A DNA stretch of 64,000 nt. Source: Acidobacteriota bacterium (GTDB lineage Bacteria > Acidobacteriota > UBA6911). Below are positions 27,284 to 37,345 of this stretch, piece by piece. The stretch lies in contig OY761556.1 in assembly GCA_963664705.1 (NCBI GenBank), forward strand, positions 2,336,001-2,400,000. The letters are read 5' to 3'. The notes beneath the pieces were generated by a model that searched no databases, was not told the origin of the DNA, and worked only from the letters and a program-made list of their open reading frames with translations. Numbering within the stretch: the stretch's first letter is position 1; every line of letters starts with the position of its first letter. The position numbers and the translations under genes are program-made.

Positions 27284-28087
27284 TTACCCCTGTACAGCGC
27301 GCACGAGCGAAAACAATGTCCCGTGCAGCGCGGAGTAAACTCCTTCCAGGTATCTTGGAAGAAAGTAGAATGAGAAGCTCAGGCACCCAAACCCGATGAG
27401 GGTCTTCAGCGGCATCCCCACAATCAGTATGTTGATTTGCGGAGCTGCGCGCCCAACCACTCCCATGACAACATCCGTGATCACTGACACGGCAATGACA
27501 GGACCGGCAATCCGAATGCCGATAACGAGAAGCTCGCCGGTGAGTCGAATAATAAACTCCATCAGGGATGCGTGAAGATGGGCACCGCCAACGGGCAACA
27601 GGGTAAAGCTCTGATTGACAGCAAGCAGAAACCAGTGATGCCCATTGATCAAAAGAAAAAACAGGAGGCCCAGATAATTCTGCAAAAAGGAAAAAACCGA
27701 CGACTCCACCTGGGTCTGCGGATCGATGACATTAATCAAAGAAAAGCCCAGCTGAAAGGAAACAACCTGCCCGGCAAACTGAAACCCCGCAAAAACACAC
27801 ATGGCTGCAAATCCAAGGAGAACTCCAAACAATATTTCGCCGGGAAACAGCGTCACCATATTGCCGAGATCCATTTCAGCGGGAATCGATCGGAGTGGCA
27901 GCGATGGGGCCAAAACAAAACTGGCAACAAGCGTAAAAGCAATGCGAACGGAGGCGGGGATTGTCTGACTGCTGAAGAGCGGGGCCAGAATCATGATCCC
28001 TGAAATGCGCAGAAGCACAATCAGAAAACGAACGATTTCGGCATCAGAAAAAAGGATAGGAGCCATTCTTAGGAACTCGCATTCCAA
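27284..28087 (-). CDS. fliR: export gate FliR
   Basis: hydrophobic, AGQ..FQLGF, RAAPQINIL..G.P.K. Confidence 0.95.
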   Translation of the reverse strand: MECEFLRMAPILFSDAEIVRFLIVLLRISGIMILAPLFSSQTIPASVRIAFTLVASFVLAPSLPLRSIPAEMDLGNMVTLFPGEILFGVLLGFAAMCVFAGFQFAGQVVSFQLGFSLINVIDPQTQVESSVFSFLQNYLGLLFFLLINGHHWFLLAVNQSFTLLPVGGAHLHASLMEFIIRLTGELLVIGIRIAGPVIAVSVITDVVMGVVGRAAPQINILIVGMPLKTLIGFGCLSFSFYFLPRYLEGVYSALHGTLFSLVRAVQG

Positions 28088-28099
28088 AAACGGGATGCA

Positions 28100-28369
28100 T
28101 CAACGAGCAAATCGCTCCAAATGTCCATACAGCTGTGTTGTAAACGACAGCAGGGTGCTCAGCATCCAAGGCAAAACGAAAAGGAATGTCACAAACACGG
28201 CAATGACCCTGGGAACAAAAGATAAGGTCATATCCTGGATTGAGGTTACCACCTGAAAAATGCTTACCAGAACACCAACCACAAGAGAAACCACCAACAG
28301 CGGCCCACTCACCATCAGTGTTATTTGAAGCGTATCCTTGGCAAGTTTGAGTACCATTTCCGGGGTCAT
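28100..28369 (-). CDS. fliQ: export gate FliQ
   Basis: FQVVTSIQDMTLSFVPR. Confidence 0.96.
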   Translation of the reverse strand: MTPEMVLKLAKDTLQITLMVSGPLLVVSLVVGVLVSIFQVVTSIQDMTLSFVPRVIAVFVTFLFVLPWMLSTLLSFTTQLYGHLERFAR

Positions 28370-28415
28370 TAAAAATTCTCCATATGCCTATGGCCCGGGT
28401 AAAATCCGGGCTTCC

Positions 28416-29186
28416 TCAATAGAAACTCCGTACCAGGGAACCTATGATCAGGTTCCATCCATCCACCATCACAAACAGAAGAATCTTGAAAGGAGTGGAT
28501 ACAAGGGCCGGCGGGAGTTGCATCATCCCCATCGAAAGCAAGACGGAAGCAACCACCATGTCTATGACGAGAAATGGAATAAACAGCACGAAGCCGATAT
28601 TAAAGGCTGTTTTGAGCTCCGAAATCATAAAACTCGGGATCACGACCCGCATCGGCAATTCCTGCGCATTCTTGGGTTTTGGCATTTTGGCGATGCTCAT
28701 GAACAATGCCAGGTCTTTTTCGCGCGTATAGCGCAGCATGAATTGACGCAGAGGCACACTGGCCTGATCCAGCGCCTGCATTTCCGTGATTTTCCCATTC
28801 AGCATGGGTTGCAGCGCCTCCTGATTCATTCGATCTGCAACCGGTTGCATGATGAAATAGGTAAGGAACAGGGACAGACCGATGAGCACCTGGTTTGGAG
28901 GCATGGTCTGCGTCCCAAGAGCCTGCCGCAGGAAATGGGATACAATGATCAGTCGAGTAAAAGAAGTAACGGAAACAAGAATCGCGGGGATTACCGACAG
29001 GATTGTCAGCAGAACGAGAATCTGCATTGGCGTTGTAAGCCCGCCTTTGCTTGCTCCCCCGCCAATCCTGAGTTCCACGCCGGAAAAGTCTGCGCCAAAA
29101 GCCGTCTGAGCTGATAATAGGGTCATACCCAGAATGGCCAGGAGCAGAATCTTCACTGCAAATCGATGGGACTTCTTCATATTCAT
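28416..29186 (-). CDS. fliP: export gate FliP
   Basis: TSFTR, PPNQV, ISELKTAF, MGMMQLPP, LFVMVDGW. Confidence 0.97.
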   Translation of the reverse strand: MNMKKSHRFAVKILLLAILGMTLLSAQTAFGADFSGVELRIGGGASKGGLTTPMQILVLLTILSVIPAILVSVTSFTRLIIVSHFLRQALGTQTMPPNQVLIGLSLFLTYFIMQPVADRMNQEALQPMLNGKITEMQALDQASVPLRQFMLRYTREKDLALFMSIAKMPKPKNAQELPMRVVIPSFMISELKTAFNIGFVLFIPFLVIDMVVASVLLSMGMMQLPPALVSTPFKILLFVMVDGWNLIIGSLVRSFY

Positions 29187-29208
29187 TGCCGGTTACCCGC
29201 GATCAAAG

Positions 29209-29832
29209 CTATGACCGTTCCAGAGCTTCACGCAATTGGCGCATCTTCACCCGAAGATCATCGGGCAATGGATGAGCTGCCTGCTGAATAGAATGGCGAT
29301 TTTTTTCCACCTCAAACAGGTTGCGGAACGGCGCTCCGGCTCCCTTCTTGGAGGTGCCTTTGGAAGGCGCAGGCATTTCTTCCGGTTCCGATAGTAAGGA
29401 CACCGGGTCCGGCAGCATGGCCAGCAGGTTGATCTGATGAGGCGTGTTGCCGACGAGGTATCGACTATTCCCTACTTCAACCAGGGAAATGGATCGCCGA
29501 TCCCCCATTCCCAGCGTTTCGATTATTTTCAGATTTCTCTGAGAGGCCGGTTTATTGAAGTACCGCGGTGCGAACCTTTTGACGCCAAAGAAAGCGCCGA
29601 GCATCAGGAAGACCACCAGGCCCATTCCGCCGATTGTTCTCATGATCGGGAACTGCATGTCTGCTACTTTGGTATCCGGGATCGTCGATACCGGGGAGGG
29701 ATCCGGCACAGGCACGGTGGCTTCTGCGACAGCCTTGGTTTCCGGCGCAGGCGAGGAAGGGGTGGCGGCCTGCACACAGACAGGTAATGCCAACAGCATA
29801 CATATCACAAGGTTTCGCAAATGTACTTTCAC
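29209..29832 (-). CDS. fliO: FliO/FliZ export-gate chaperone
   Basis: signal peptide plus TM, LKIIETLGMG.RRSISLVEVG..YLVG; upstream of fliP. Confidence 0.85.
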   Translation of the reverse strand: MKVHLRNLVICMLLALPVCVQAATPSSPAPETKAVAEATVPVPDPSPVSTIPDTKVADMQFPIMRTIGGMGLVVFLMLGAFFGVKRFAPRYFNKPASQRNLKIIETLGMGDRRSISLVEVGNSRYLVGNTPHQINLLAMLPDPVSLLSEPEEMPAPSKGTSKKGAGAPFRNLFEVEKNRHSIQQAAHPLPDDLRVKMRQLREALERS

Positions 29833-29842
29833 AATAATCCTC

Positions 29843-30130
29843 CTATCTCCCGGTATAAAAATCGGTCAATCGAATTCCGGTAGAACCTTCAAGCTTGATC
29901 ACCTCGCCCGAGGCAACCAGCGTCCCATTCATCAGTATGTCCACGTTTTCACCCGCCGATTTTTCCATTTCTATCAGCGAGCTTGGCTCGAGTTGCAAAA
30001 TATCGCGAACCCTCATGGATCGAGTGCCAAGCTGGATGGATATCCTTATGGGCACGTCTCCAAAAAACTGCATTTCCTCAAACGCGCTTCGTCCTGAACT
30101 TTTATCGACTTCACTGGGACTGTCTGACAT
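29843..30130 (-). CDS. fliN: SPOA protein FliN (copy 2)
   Basis: DVPIRISIQLG, AGENVDILMNG..ASGEV. Confidence 0.88.
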   Translation of the reverse strand: MSDSPSEVDKSSGRSAFEEMQFFGDVPIRISIQLGTRSMRVRDILQLEPSSLIEMEKSAGENVDILMNGTLVASGEVIKLEGSTGIRLTDFYTGR

Positions 30131-30147
30131 ACACCAACCTCGGATCT

Positions 30148-30678
30148 CTAGAGTTGAACAACGAAATCGACGATGTACACTTCCAGAACTTTTGTTTCCG
30201 GAGAAATGGTGTTAATTTTGGTTCGAATTTCATTTCTGAGCAGTTCCTTTCCTTCCGGACTCAGCACCTGCTCGGCCTTTTTCGAAGTCAATAAAGAGAT
30301 TATGGTGTCCCGTATTGCGGGGATGGCGGCCCCCTTTTTCATTTCCTCATTCGGTTCTTTTGCCAGACCGAGTTGAAACGTTGCCTTTACAAAGCGGACC
30401 TCGTCCGTATCCGCAAGATTCAGCAGGAAAGGATCGAGAGCAATCGTCGCTTTCACCTCTTCTTTTTCGGGCGCCGGTTTCGCCTTGCTTTCCGCCTTCG
30501 CTCCCCTGGCGTGAAACACCACATAGGCGGCAGCTCCGCCTCCCAAAACCAGAACTAACAGCCCGATCAGCATAAAGAGCTTCTTTTTCGATTTAGCCGG
30601 GGCTTCTTCGCCGGTTTTGTTTTCAACGATAGGCTTATCCATCTTTTTGGTTTCCGATTTCGCAGCAGCATCAGCCAT
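30148..30678 (-). CDS. fliL: basal-body associated FliL
   Basis: KKK plus TM, PFLLNL, IRDTII.LL, EGKE.LR.EI, DFVVQ. Confidence 0.95.
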   Translation of the reverse strand: MADAAAKSETKKMDKPIVENKTGEEAPAKSKKKLFMLIGLLVLVLGGGAAAYVVFHARGAKAESKAKPAPEKEEVKATIALDPFLLNLADTDEVRFVKATFQLGLAKEPNEEMKKGAAIPAIRDTIISLLTSKKAEQVLSPEGKELLRNEIRTKINTISPETKVLEVYIVDFVVQL

Positions 30679-30719
30679 TGATCAGTTCCTCCATGCACAG
30701 ATCACTCGGGATACTGCAA

Positions 30720-30735
30720 TGCAACTCATATGCCA
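30720..30735 (-). promoter_or_regulatory. sigma54 promoter of fliL-flhB operon
   Basis: TGGCATATGAGTTGCA. Confidence 0.85.
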
Positions 30736-30974
30736 GTAAGTGGATTTTGCTGGATTGAAGACGGGAATACTTTCGATGATTGGAGTACGGCCTGTGAACG
30801 AGGGCGACGGGGAGCCGCCCCAACTTATAACTTTATGTATTTAAACAGTTTGGTCTGAGAGTCACAAATGACGGCACCTGGAGACACATTGAGTATTGCG
30901 ATAGCACGGTCGCGTCAGCGCTCTCAATCAGAATAGGAACTGAAGGTTTCAGTGCGGTTTGATCGTCATTGGTG

Positions 30975-32177
30975 TCAAACATGCTCGATCGATTGACAAA
31001 TTTCTGACTCCTCAGTCAAGAGTCTGCCTTCATCGGCGAAGCATGCCTGGTTTTTCCCGTTGCGCTTGGCCTCGTACATAGCCTCATCGGCGCAGGAGAT
31101 GATCTGCCGTGGTTCCAGCAGATTGAAGGTAGAACAGCAGGAAACTCCGATGCTGATGGTCCGATGAACGTGGCCGTCCGGAATGAGAAACGGATACGCC
31201 ATAAAGGCGGCCCGGAGATTCTCCGCGACTCTCGCGGCGCCGGCTGAGTTTGTCCGCGGCAAAAGAACCGTAAACTCCTCGCCTCCATAACGAGCGACGA
31301 AATCGGTCACCCGAAGCGACCGTCGAAGAAGGGAGCCCGCCTGACGCAGGACTTCATCCCCAGTCTGATGTCCGTGAATATCGTTGATCTGTTTGAAATC
31401 ATCAATATCGATCATCAGACAGCTCAATACCTCTCCATAGCGGCGAACCCGGGCCACTTCCATTTCAAGCTGTTCAAACAGCCTGCGTTTGTTAAAAAGC
31501 CCCGTGGATTCGTCAGTATGGGCCAATTCCTGAAGTTTGAGATTCAGCTGCGTCAGCCGCATCTCATGATCCCGGAGCCGGGCGTTGGCGGTCGCCAGCT
31601 CCTGGCGCGTGAGCACGTTATCCAATGATGACGAAAGATGGGCCGCCACCAGCAGTCCCAGGTGGTACTCAAGCTTATCAAAACGGTTTGAATGATTGGA
31701 TACCAACTCCAGGCAGCCAAGCGTCCTCCTCATTGCGGTAAATGGAAGTATCATCACCGAACGAGGGAGCGTCGCCTCGGCCGCGCCGGAAAACCTGCGA
31801 ATTTTCCTCGACGCCTGAGTATCCGGAACCCACAATGGCGCTGCGGACCGGATAACCGCTCCGGTAAGGCCACTGCTTAGCGGGATCAGCTCCTCACTTT
31901 TGGGAATACGCGGGCCGGCGAGGCGAATACGCCGATATTTGGATCCATCGACAATGCAGAGTCGTATGGGATCATCCGGGAAATAAGCTTGAAAATAGGT
32001 TGCCAGTGCGCCTCGAAGGCTCTCAACGTCCCTGGCCGAGTTCATGGAACCGGACAGCTCATTAACGGCAAGCAGGCGTCGATACAATTCCACCGCCTGC
32101 TCATGCAGCGGAACGGTTTGCCGGAGAAGATCCAGAAGCCCTCGACTGTGAATAATCGGCGTTGCTGCGACGGCCAT
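30975..32177 (-). CDS. GAF-GGDEF diguanylate cyclase
   Basis: DESTGLFN, DIDDFKQIND.HGH..GD, RVTD I-site then RYGGEEF; SD AAAGGGG. Confidence 0.93.
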   Translation of the reverse strand: MAVAATPIIHSRGLLDLLRQTVPLHEQAVELYRRLLAVNELSGSMNSARDVESLRGALATYFQAYFPDDPIRLCIVDGSKYRRIRLAGPRIPKSEELIPLSSGLTGAVIRSAAPLWVPDTQASRKIRRFSGAAEATLPRSVMILPFTAMRRTLGCLELVSNHSNRFDKLEYHLGLLVAAHLSSSLDNVLTRQELATANARLRDHEMRLTQLNLKLQELAHTDESTGLFNKRRLFEQLEMEVARVRRYGEVLSCLMIDIDDFKQINDIHGHQTGDEVLRQAGSLLRRSLRVTDFVARYGGEEFTVLLPRTNSAGAARVAENLRAAFMAYPFLIPDGHVHRTISIGVSCCSTFNLLEPRQIISCADEAMYEAKRNGKNQACFADEGRLLTEESEICQSIEHV

Positions 32178-32245
32178 AAATTCCCCTTTGATCTTTAGTC
32201 AAATCATGATCCGGGCCCTATTCGGCACCCGGTACGCTACCTCAA

Positions 32246-33496
32246 TTATCGAATGAGGTTCACAGATTCCTGATACAGGTCGTTGGTTGTGGTGATGATT
32301 TTGGAACTTGCCTGGTACGCTTTCTGGGCCGTAATCAGGTTGATGAACTCCTGAGCCATATCCACATTGGACTTTTCCAGTGCTGAGCCGACAAGAGTTC
32401 CACGTCCCCCGGTTCCGGCCATGCCTATCGAGGGCTCGCCTGAACTGGTAAACGCAACAAAAGTGCTTCCTGAATATTTCGCGAGACCATCAACATTGGG
32501 GAAATTGGCCAACGCCAGTTGAGCTAACTTAATCGTCTGGCCTCCTTCCGTTGTACCGACGATTAAGCCATCACTTTCAATGCGGATATCTGCCATCGAA
32601 CTGGCACCGTATCCATTTTGCACGGTTGATGACACCGCCGATGAGGCACCGTAGTTCGTAATCAGACCTTTCCCCAGCTTATCAGTCAGATTGAACGTGA
32701 TGGCCATGTCCGCTGCTCCGCTGGCAAGTCCGGCGATATCAATTGTCGGAGCTGTCGCAGGCGGAACCACATTTCCGATGGTGTCGAAATTCAGATCGCC
32801 ACTCCCTACCTCAGTCGGAGGGCTGCCTGCAGTGCCGCCGAGATCTTCCGCTGGAATCGTTGCCGACCAGCTCCATACCGTTGGAGAGCTTCGGGTGAAT
32901 GTCAGCTTAATCGCATGCGTCAATCCTATAGAGTCGAAGACATTGAGCGAGGTTGAAAACTCTCCGCCTGTTGGGACACCGGCATCCAGATTTGCAAGGA
33001 TGCTTATCTCACTGGTAGCACCCGCCGGAACAACCTCACCTTTCTTAATGACGATGGAGGAAACGGTTGAACTCGTATCGACAACTCCAGCGACAATGGG
33101 ATACCCGAGCACTTTGAATCCATCACTACTCAAAAAGTTGCCTTCTTTATCCAATTGGAAAGCTCCGTTCCGGGTAAATCCCATCCCGCCGCCCTCGGTT
33201 TCAACAATAAAGAAGCCGTTTCCATTGATTGCAGCATCGGTGGAGACGCCTGTGGAGGTCGGGGTTCCCTGAGTGTTCGAACGCGTAATGCCACCGAGTG
33301 AACTGCCAAGTCCCATTGAAATTGGATTACCCGCCGAATCTGTTCCGGACTGACCGGCAAGCAATTCCTTAAAAGAAGCCTTGCTTGACTTGAATGCAGT
33401 GGTGTTCATATTGGCCAGGTTGTCGCCAATTACGTTAATGGCAGTACTGTTACTGTTGATTCCCGTCAGTGCTGTGTAAAAGGATGTTAAAGGCAT
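32246..33496 (-). CDS. flgE: hook protein
   Basis: VIGDNLANMNT.AFK, FTRNG.F, LEKSNVDMAQEF. Confidence 0.96.
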   Translation of the reverse strand: MPLTSFYTALTGINSNSTAINVIGDNLANMNTTAFKSSKASFKELLAGQSGTDSAGNPISMGLGSSLGGITRSNTQGTPTSTGVSTDAAINGNGFFIVETEGGGMGFTRNGAFQLDKEGNFLSSDGFKVLGYPIVAGVVDTSSTVSSIVIKKGEVVPAGATSEISILANLDAGVPTGGEFSTSLNVFDSIGLTHAIKLTFTRSSPTVWSWSATIPAEDLGGTAGSPPTEVGSGDLNFDTIGNVVPPATAPTIDIAGLASGAADMAITFNLTDKLGKGLITNYGASSAVSSTVQNGYGASSMADIRIESDGLIVGTTEGGQTIKLAQLALANFPNVDGLAKYSGSTFVAFTSSGEPSIGMAGTGGRGTLVGSALEKSNVDMAQEFINLITAQKAYQASSKIITTTNDLYQESVNLIR

Positions 33497-33554
33497 GTTG
33501 TTTTCTCCTCATCCGGATGACCCGGAATCGATATGGCGTCTAGAGGTCGAATAA

Positions 33555-33860
33555 TTATGAAAACAGGGTTTTGTTGGTGCTATCGGTGGTTGTGGTCGGT
33601 GTGGACGTTTCAGTATCACCAGCCATTTTGGTAACAGCAGAGTTGATGGAAATCAGCTGTTCCAAGGAACTAAAAGTAGCTAGTTGCGCAACAAATGCCT
33701 GGTTATCCATGGGATTTGTTGGATCCTGATTTTGAAGCTGCGCAACGAAAAGCTTGAGAAACCCGGTCTTGCTTACCATTGCGTCCGTACCTGTTGCAGA
33801 TACGCTCATATCGGTGTTTGTATTTGCGCTTGTTGACCCCACCCCATTAACGCTGCTCAT
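33555..33860 (-). CDS. flgD: hook cap FlgD (N-terminal domain only)
   Basis: FLKLFVAQLQNQDPTNPMD..FVAQLATFSSLEQ; 101 aa. Confidence 0.92.
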   Translation of the reverse strand: MSSVNGVGSTSANTNTDMSVSATGTDAMVSKTGFLKLFVAQLQNQDPTNPMDNQAFVAQLATFSSLEQLISINSAVTKMAGDTETSTPTTTTDSTNKTLFS

Positions 33861-33917
33861 TTTTAAGCCTCTCTTTATCTAGATTCCAGTACAACCCTGC
33901 AACGCCGCAAATCGTCT

Positions 33918-33933
33918 TGCACGAAGCGTGCCA
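33918..33933 (-). promoter_or_regulatory. sigma54 promoter of flgD-flgE(-DGC)
   Basis: TGGCACGCTTCGTGCA. Confidence 0.8.
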
Positions 33934-34046
33934 ATTGCCGGCTGCAGCGGCAGAACCGAACAATTCATTGGGAAACAATCATTTATCAAGCTTCCTATTC
34001 TTTTCTTCCATGCGTTGGAGCTAAGCAATAATTGCCTATGGGCAAA

Positions 34047-35507
34047 TTATGCGACGGTATAGAACCGAGCATTCGGATTCATCATAGCCATTGTCACGGC
34101 ATCCAAACCGGGTTCCTCCGATTCCAGAGAACCGGGGTTTTCGGTCGAACGACCATTCCTTCTCTCCTGGCTTCCCGAACCCGGATATCCAGATTGTGCG
34201 GTGTGCCCCGCGAAAGACTCGGAGCCGCCATTATCCTGGACAGTCACCTGGATTCGATCGATCTTCAACCCCTGATCCTGAATGCTCTGTTGCAGGAGGT
34301 GCAGATTCGATTCAAGATAGTTTTTCACGGTGCTGGATTCCGCGACAATACGGGCAATAACTCCGCCCGATGCGTTTTCAGCCCGTATTTCAAGATGTCC
34401 AAGGTTTTCCGGATGTAACTGAACGCGGATCTCCCCTCTTCCGTCCCGCACCAGGACCTGCATCCGGTCTGCAAGCTGGAGCATGAACTCAGACGATTGC
34501 GGTGAAGCGGTCTGGGCGCGAGGAGCTGCAGGAACGAGCCTGGGGTCATTGACCGTGATGGAAGCCGGAGTCGCAACCATGTTCGGCACATTGTGCCCCG
34601 CTGACGCGCTGGATTCCGATCTCACAACCACCGGAGTTGTCTCTGATCGATTTGGTGGAAATTGCCGTGGAGTACTGGATTCACTCTGAGCATCCTGTCT
34701 CGCCGCATGGGAGTCGTTGCTGACAGCTTTCTCGAGTGCCATGCGCATTGCGTTTTCCATTTTCCCGGAGGTAGCAGCCTTATCACTCGTTACCGGTTTG
34801 ACGGCATCTTCGGAAGATTGGACTATGTCCGCGGCATTGGCGGCAGGACTCAATTCCGTTTGCCGGGTCTCATTTCGGGGAATCTCATTCCCCGCCTGCT
34901 TTGTTTCATCGCTCTTTTGCCCAGTATCTACCGCATCCCGATTGAACAGCTGCTTAATGCCAGTTGCTTTTGTTTCCACCGCCTTTAGTGTCTCGGCGAC
35001 GGGCGCGCGGTCCACTGGCAGTGCGGCATTTGAATTCGTGATTTGCTGTACCAACAGATCTTCCTTATTCTCACTTTGCTCCATCTCCTTTGCATTGAAG
35101 ATAACGCCTGGCTCCGTTGTTTCGGGCGGAACGATCGGAGCTTGCATCGTGCCAAACGTTTTTTCAGATGGATCAACGCAGCCTTCAGGCACTGCCGTTT
35201 TGGCTTCGCCTGCGATTGGGAAATCTGCAGGAGGCATAGAAGCAGAACGTTCCTGGGGAGCAGGGATCAGCGACGCACCCATCATCATGGTCAGAGGGTC
35301 CGTTTCCGCTTTGGCAGAGTCTTTATCCTGCGGGGCTTCCTCGCGATCCGACTCAGAAGGAGCGCGATTGTTCATCAGCGCGTCCATGTGGGCAAGAAAT
35401 CCACCCTTTTCAGTATCTTCGGAGCGCTCTGAAGGAGTTGCCGGCATCTCAGCACCGGCCGGTGGAGCAGCAGTAAAATTGACTTGTATCACGGGATCTC
35501 TCCTCAT
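34047..35507 (-). CDS. fliK: hook-length control protein
   Basis: low-complexity N-region, C-terminal LHPENLG.LEI...LQQSI..QGL. Confidence 0.9.
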   Translation of the reverse strand: MRRDPVIQVNFTAAPPAGAEMPATPSERSEDTEKGGFLAHMDALMNNRAPSESDREEAPQDKDSAKAETDPLTMMMGASLIPAPQERSASMPPADFPIAGEAKTAVPEGCVDPSEKTFGTMQAPIVPPETTEPGVIFNAKEMEQSENKEDLLVQQITNSNAALPVDRAPVAETLKAVETKATGIKQLFNRDAVDTGQKSDETKQAGNEIPRNETRQTELSPAANAADIVQSSEDAVKPVTSDKAATSGKMENAMRMALEKAVSNDSHAARQDAQSESSTPRQFPPNRSETTPVVVRSESSASAGHNVPNMVATPASITVNDPRLVPAAPRAQTASPQSSEFMLQLADRMQVLVRDGRGEIRVQLHPENLGHLEIRAENASGGVIARIVAESSTVKNYLESNLHLLQQSIQDQGLKIDRIQVTVQDNGGSESFAGHTAQSGYPGSGSQERRNGRSTENPGSLESEEPGLDAVTMAMMNPNARFYTVA

Positions 35508-36011
35508 TTAGGATTGCAGTTTCGTTAGCGCTCGCGGTTTGGCAATTTCGATATCCCTCTGATATTCGGGTTCCCTTCCCGCAAATCGTGTGACGACGAG
35601 TTCATCGATGTCCTTCTGTTCCTGCTTTTCCATCTCCGTAATGAACTCTTTTTCCCTTTTTGTTTTCAGCGATGAAAGAACCTTCTTCTTTTTGCTGGCT
35701 TCGATGACGACCTTCTTCTGCGCTTGAACTTCGGCTTCAATCTGGGCCAGTCGTTTTTCGCTTTCACCGATCTCGTGGGTAAGCCGGTTCATATACAGAT
35801 GAAACAGATTCAGTTCCATCGGCTCCATAATCTGCTGCCGCATGCCTGCCAGCTCATTCATGGTCTCGCGAAATTTCGCACTTAAGTCCTCACGATGACG
35901 CAGCTCTTCCTGATGTTTATAGTTCAGCCGGAACAGGGCATCGCGTTCGCGCTGTTCTATGTCTTCTCTATGCCGAAGCAGTGTTTCGAGACTGAATTTG
36001 AATTTTGGCAA
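35508..36011 (-). CDS. fliJ: export chaperone escort
   Basis: KFKFSLETLL, EQKDIDE; follows fliI. Confidence 0.92.
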   Translation of the reverse strand: MPKFKFSLETLLRHREDIEQRERDALFRLNYKHQEELRHREDLSAKFRETMNELAGMRQQIMEPMELNLFHLYMNRLTHEIGESEKRLAQIEAEVQAQKKVVIEASKKKKVLSSLKTKREKEFITEMEKQEQKDIDELVVTRFAGREPEYQRDIEIAKPRALTKLQS

Positions 36012-36015
36012 GGAA

Positions 36016-37344
36016 TCAATCCTTTGTTATTTCCTCAACTCCGGAAAAGGCGCTTTGCAGACTCACGCGCTCATCGCTTCCCTGGATCAAAAACGCATTG
36101 ACCGCATCGATCTTTGCCAATGCCTGGTCGATCTTGGGATTGCTTCCTTTGATGTATGCGCCGATATTGAGCATATCCTCTGCTTTCCGGTACGTGGCCA
36201 GCCATTCCCTGATCTTGCCTGCCTTCTGCAGATAGGGTTGCGGGACAAGGTCTGAAATCAGTCGGCTGACGCTGGAGAGAACATCGATACACGGATAGTG
36301 GTTCCGCCACGCCAGTTCCCGGCTTAATACCACGTGTCCGTCCAGCAGGCCGCGAACAGCATCCGCAACCGGCTCATTCATGTCATCGCCTTCAACGAGC
36401 ACTGTGTAAAAGCCGGTAATGCTTCCGCCGGACATGAAGTTTCCGGCCCGCTCGAACAACCGTGGAAGCAGGGAGAAAACCGATGGGGTATATCCCTTTG
36501 TTGAAGGCGGTTCTCCCGCGGCCAGGCCTACTTCGCGCTGGGCCATGGCAAACCTTGTAACCGAGTCCATTACAAGCAGGACATCCTTCCCCATATCTCT
36601 AAAATATTCTGCGATGGTTGTGGCCACAAGAGCGGCACGAATCCGCAGCAATGGAGGCTGATCAGATGTAGAAACAACCACAACCGATCTTTTCAGGCCC
36701 TCTTCGCCCAAGTCCTTTTCAATAAAGCCACGCACCTCACGACCGCGTTCACCAATCAGGCTGATGACGTTAACATCCGCGGATGTATACCGCGCCATCA
36801 TGCCGAGAAGAGTGCTCTTGCCCACGCCGCTGCCGCCGAAAATGCCAATGCGCTGGCCCTTTCCGGTAGTCAGGAGACCGTCAATGGTCCGAATCCCGGT
36901 ACCGAGCGTTTCTTCGATGTTTTTGCGGGCAAGCGGGTTTGTTTCCGCAGCATTGATCGGATACTCATCGGAGGCTTCTATGGGACCCAGATCATCAATT
37001 GGCTGGCCCAAGGCATCCACGACTCTGCCCAAAAGCGAAGGCCCCACCGGAATGCACGCAGTTTTTCTACGGCAGACCACCCTGTCACCAAGCTTTACGC
37101 CATGGACCTTGTAGAGCGGCATCGAAATAACATAATTATCCCGAAAACCGACCACCTCGGCGGGAATGCTCACACCATTGTTGTCGTTGCCAACGATCTC
37201 GCACAACTCGCCGACGGAAACAGGCGGTCCCAGAGACTCTACTGTCAGCCCCACAGCCCGCTTCACCGTCCCGACGGTTTTGATCGGATCCAGTTCGCGG
37301 AGCCGTTGAAAGTAATTGCCCAGATTTAGTTGCGGAGTAGCCAT
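36016..37344 (-). CDS. fliI: export ATPase
   Basis: GGSGVGKST, IGERGREV, MDSVTRFA. Confidence 0.98.
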   Translation of the reverse strand: MATPQLNLGNYFQRLRELDPIKTVGTVKRAVGLTVESLGPPVSVGELCEIVGNDNNGVSIPAEVVGFRDNYVISMPLYKVHGVKLGDRVVCRRKTACIPVGPSLLGRVVDALGQPIDDLGPIEASDEYPINAAETNPLARKNIEETLGTGIRTIDGLLTTGKGQRIGIFGGSGVGKSTLLGMMARYTSADVNVISLIGERGREVRGFIEKDLGEEGLKRSVVVVSTSDQPPLLRIRAALVATTIAEYFRDMGKDVLLVMDSVTRFAMAQREVGLAAGEPPSTKGYTPSVFSLLPRLFERAGNFMSGGSITGFYTVLVEGDDMNEPVADAVRGLLDGHVVLSRELAWRNHYPCIDVLSSVSRLISDLVPQPYLQKAGKIREWLATYRKAEDMLNIGAYIKGSNPKIDQALAKIDAVNAFLIQGSDERVSLQSAFSGVEEITKD

Positions 37345-37345
37345 G

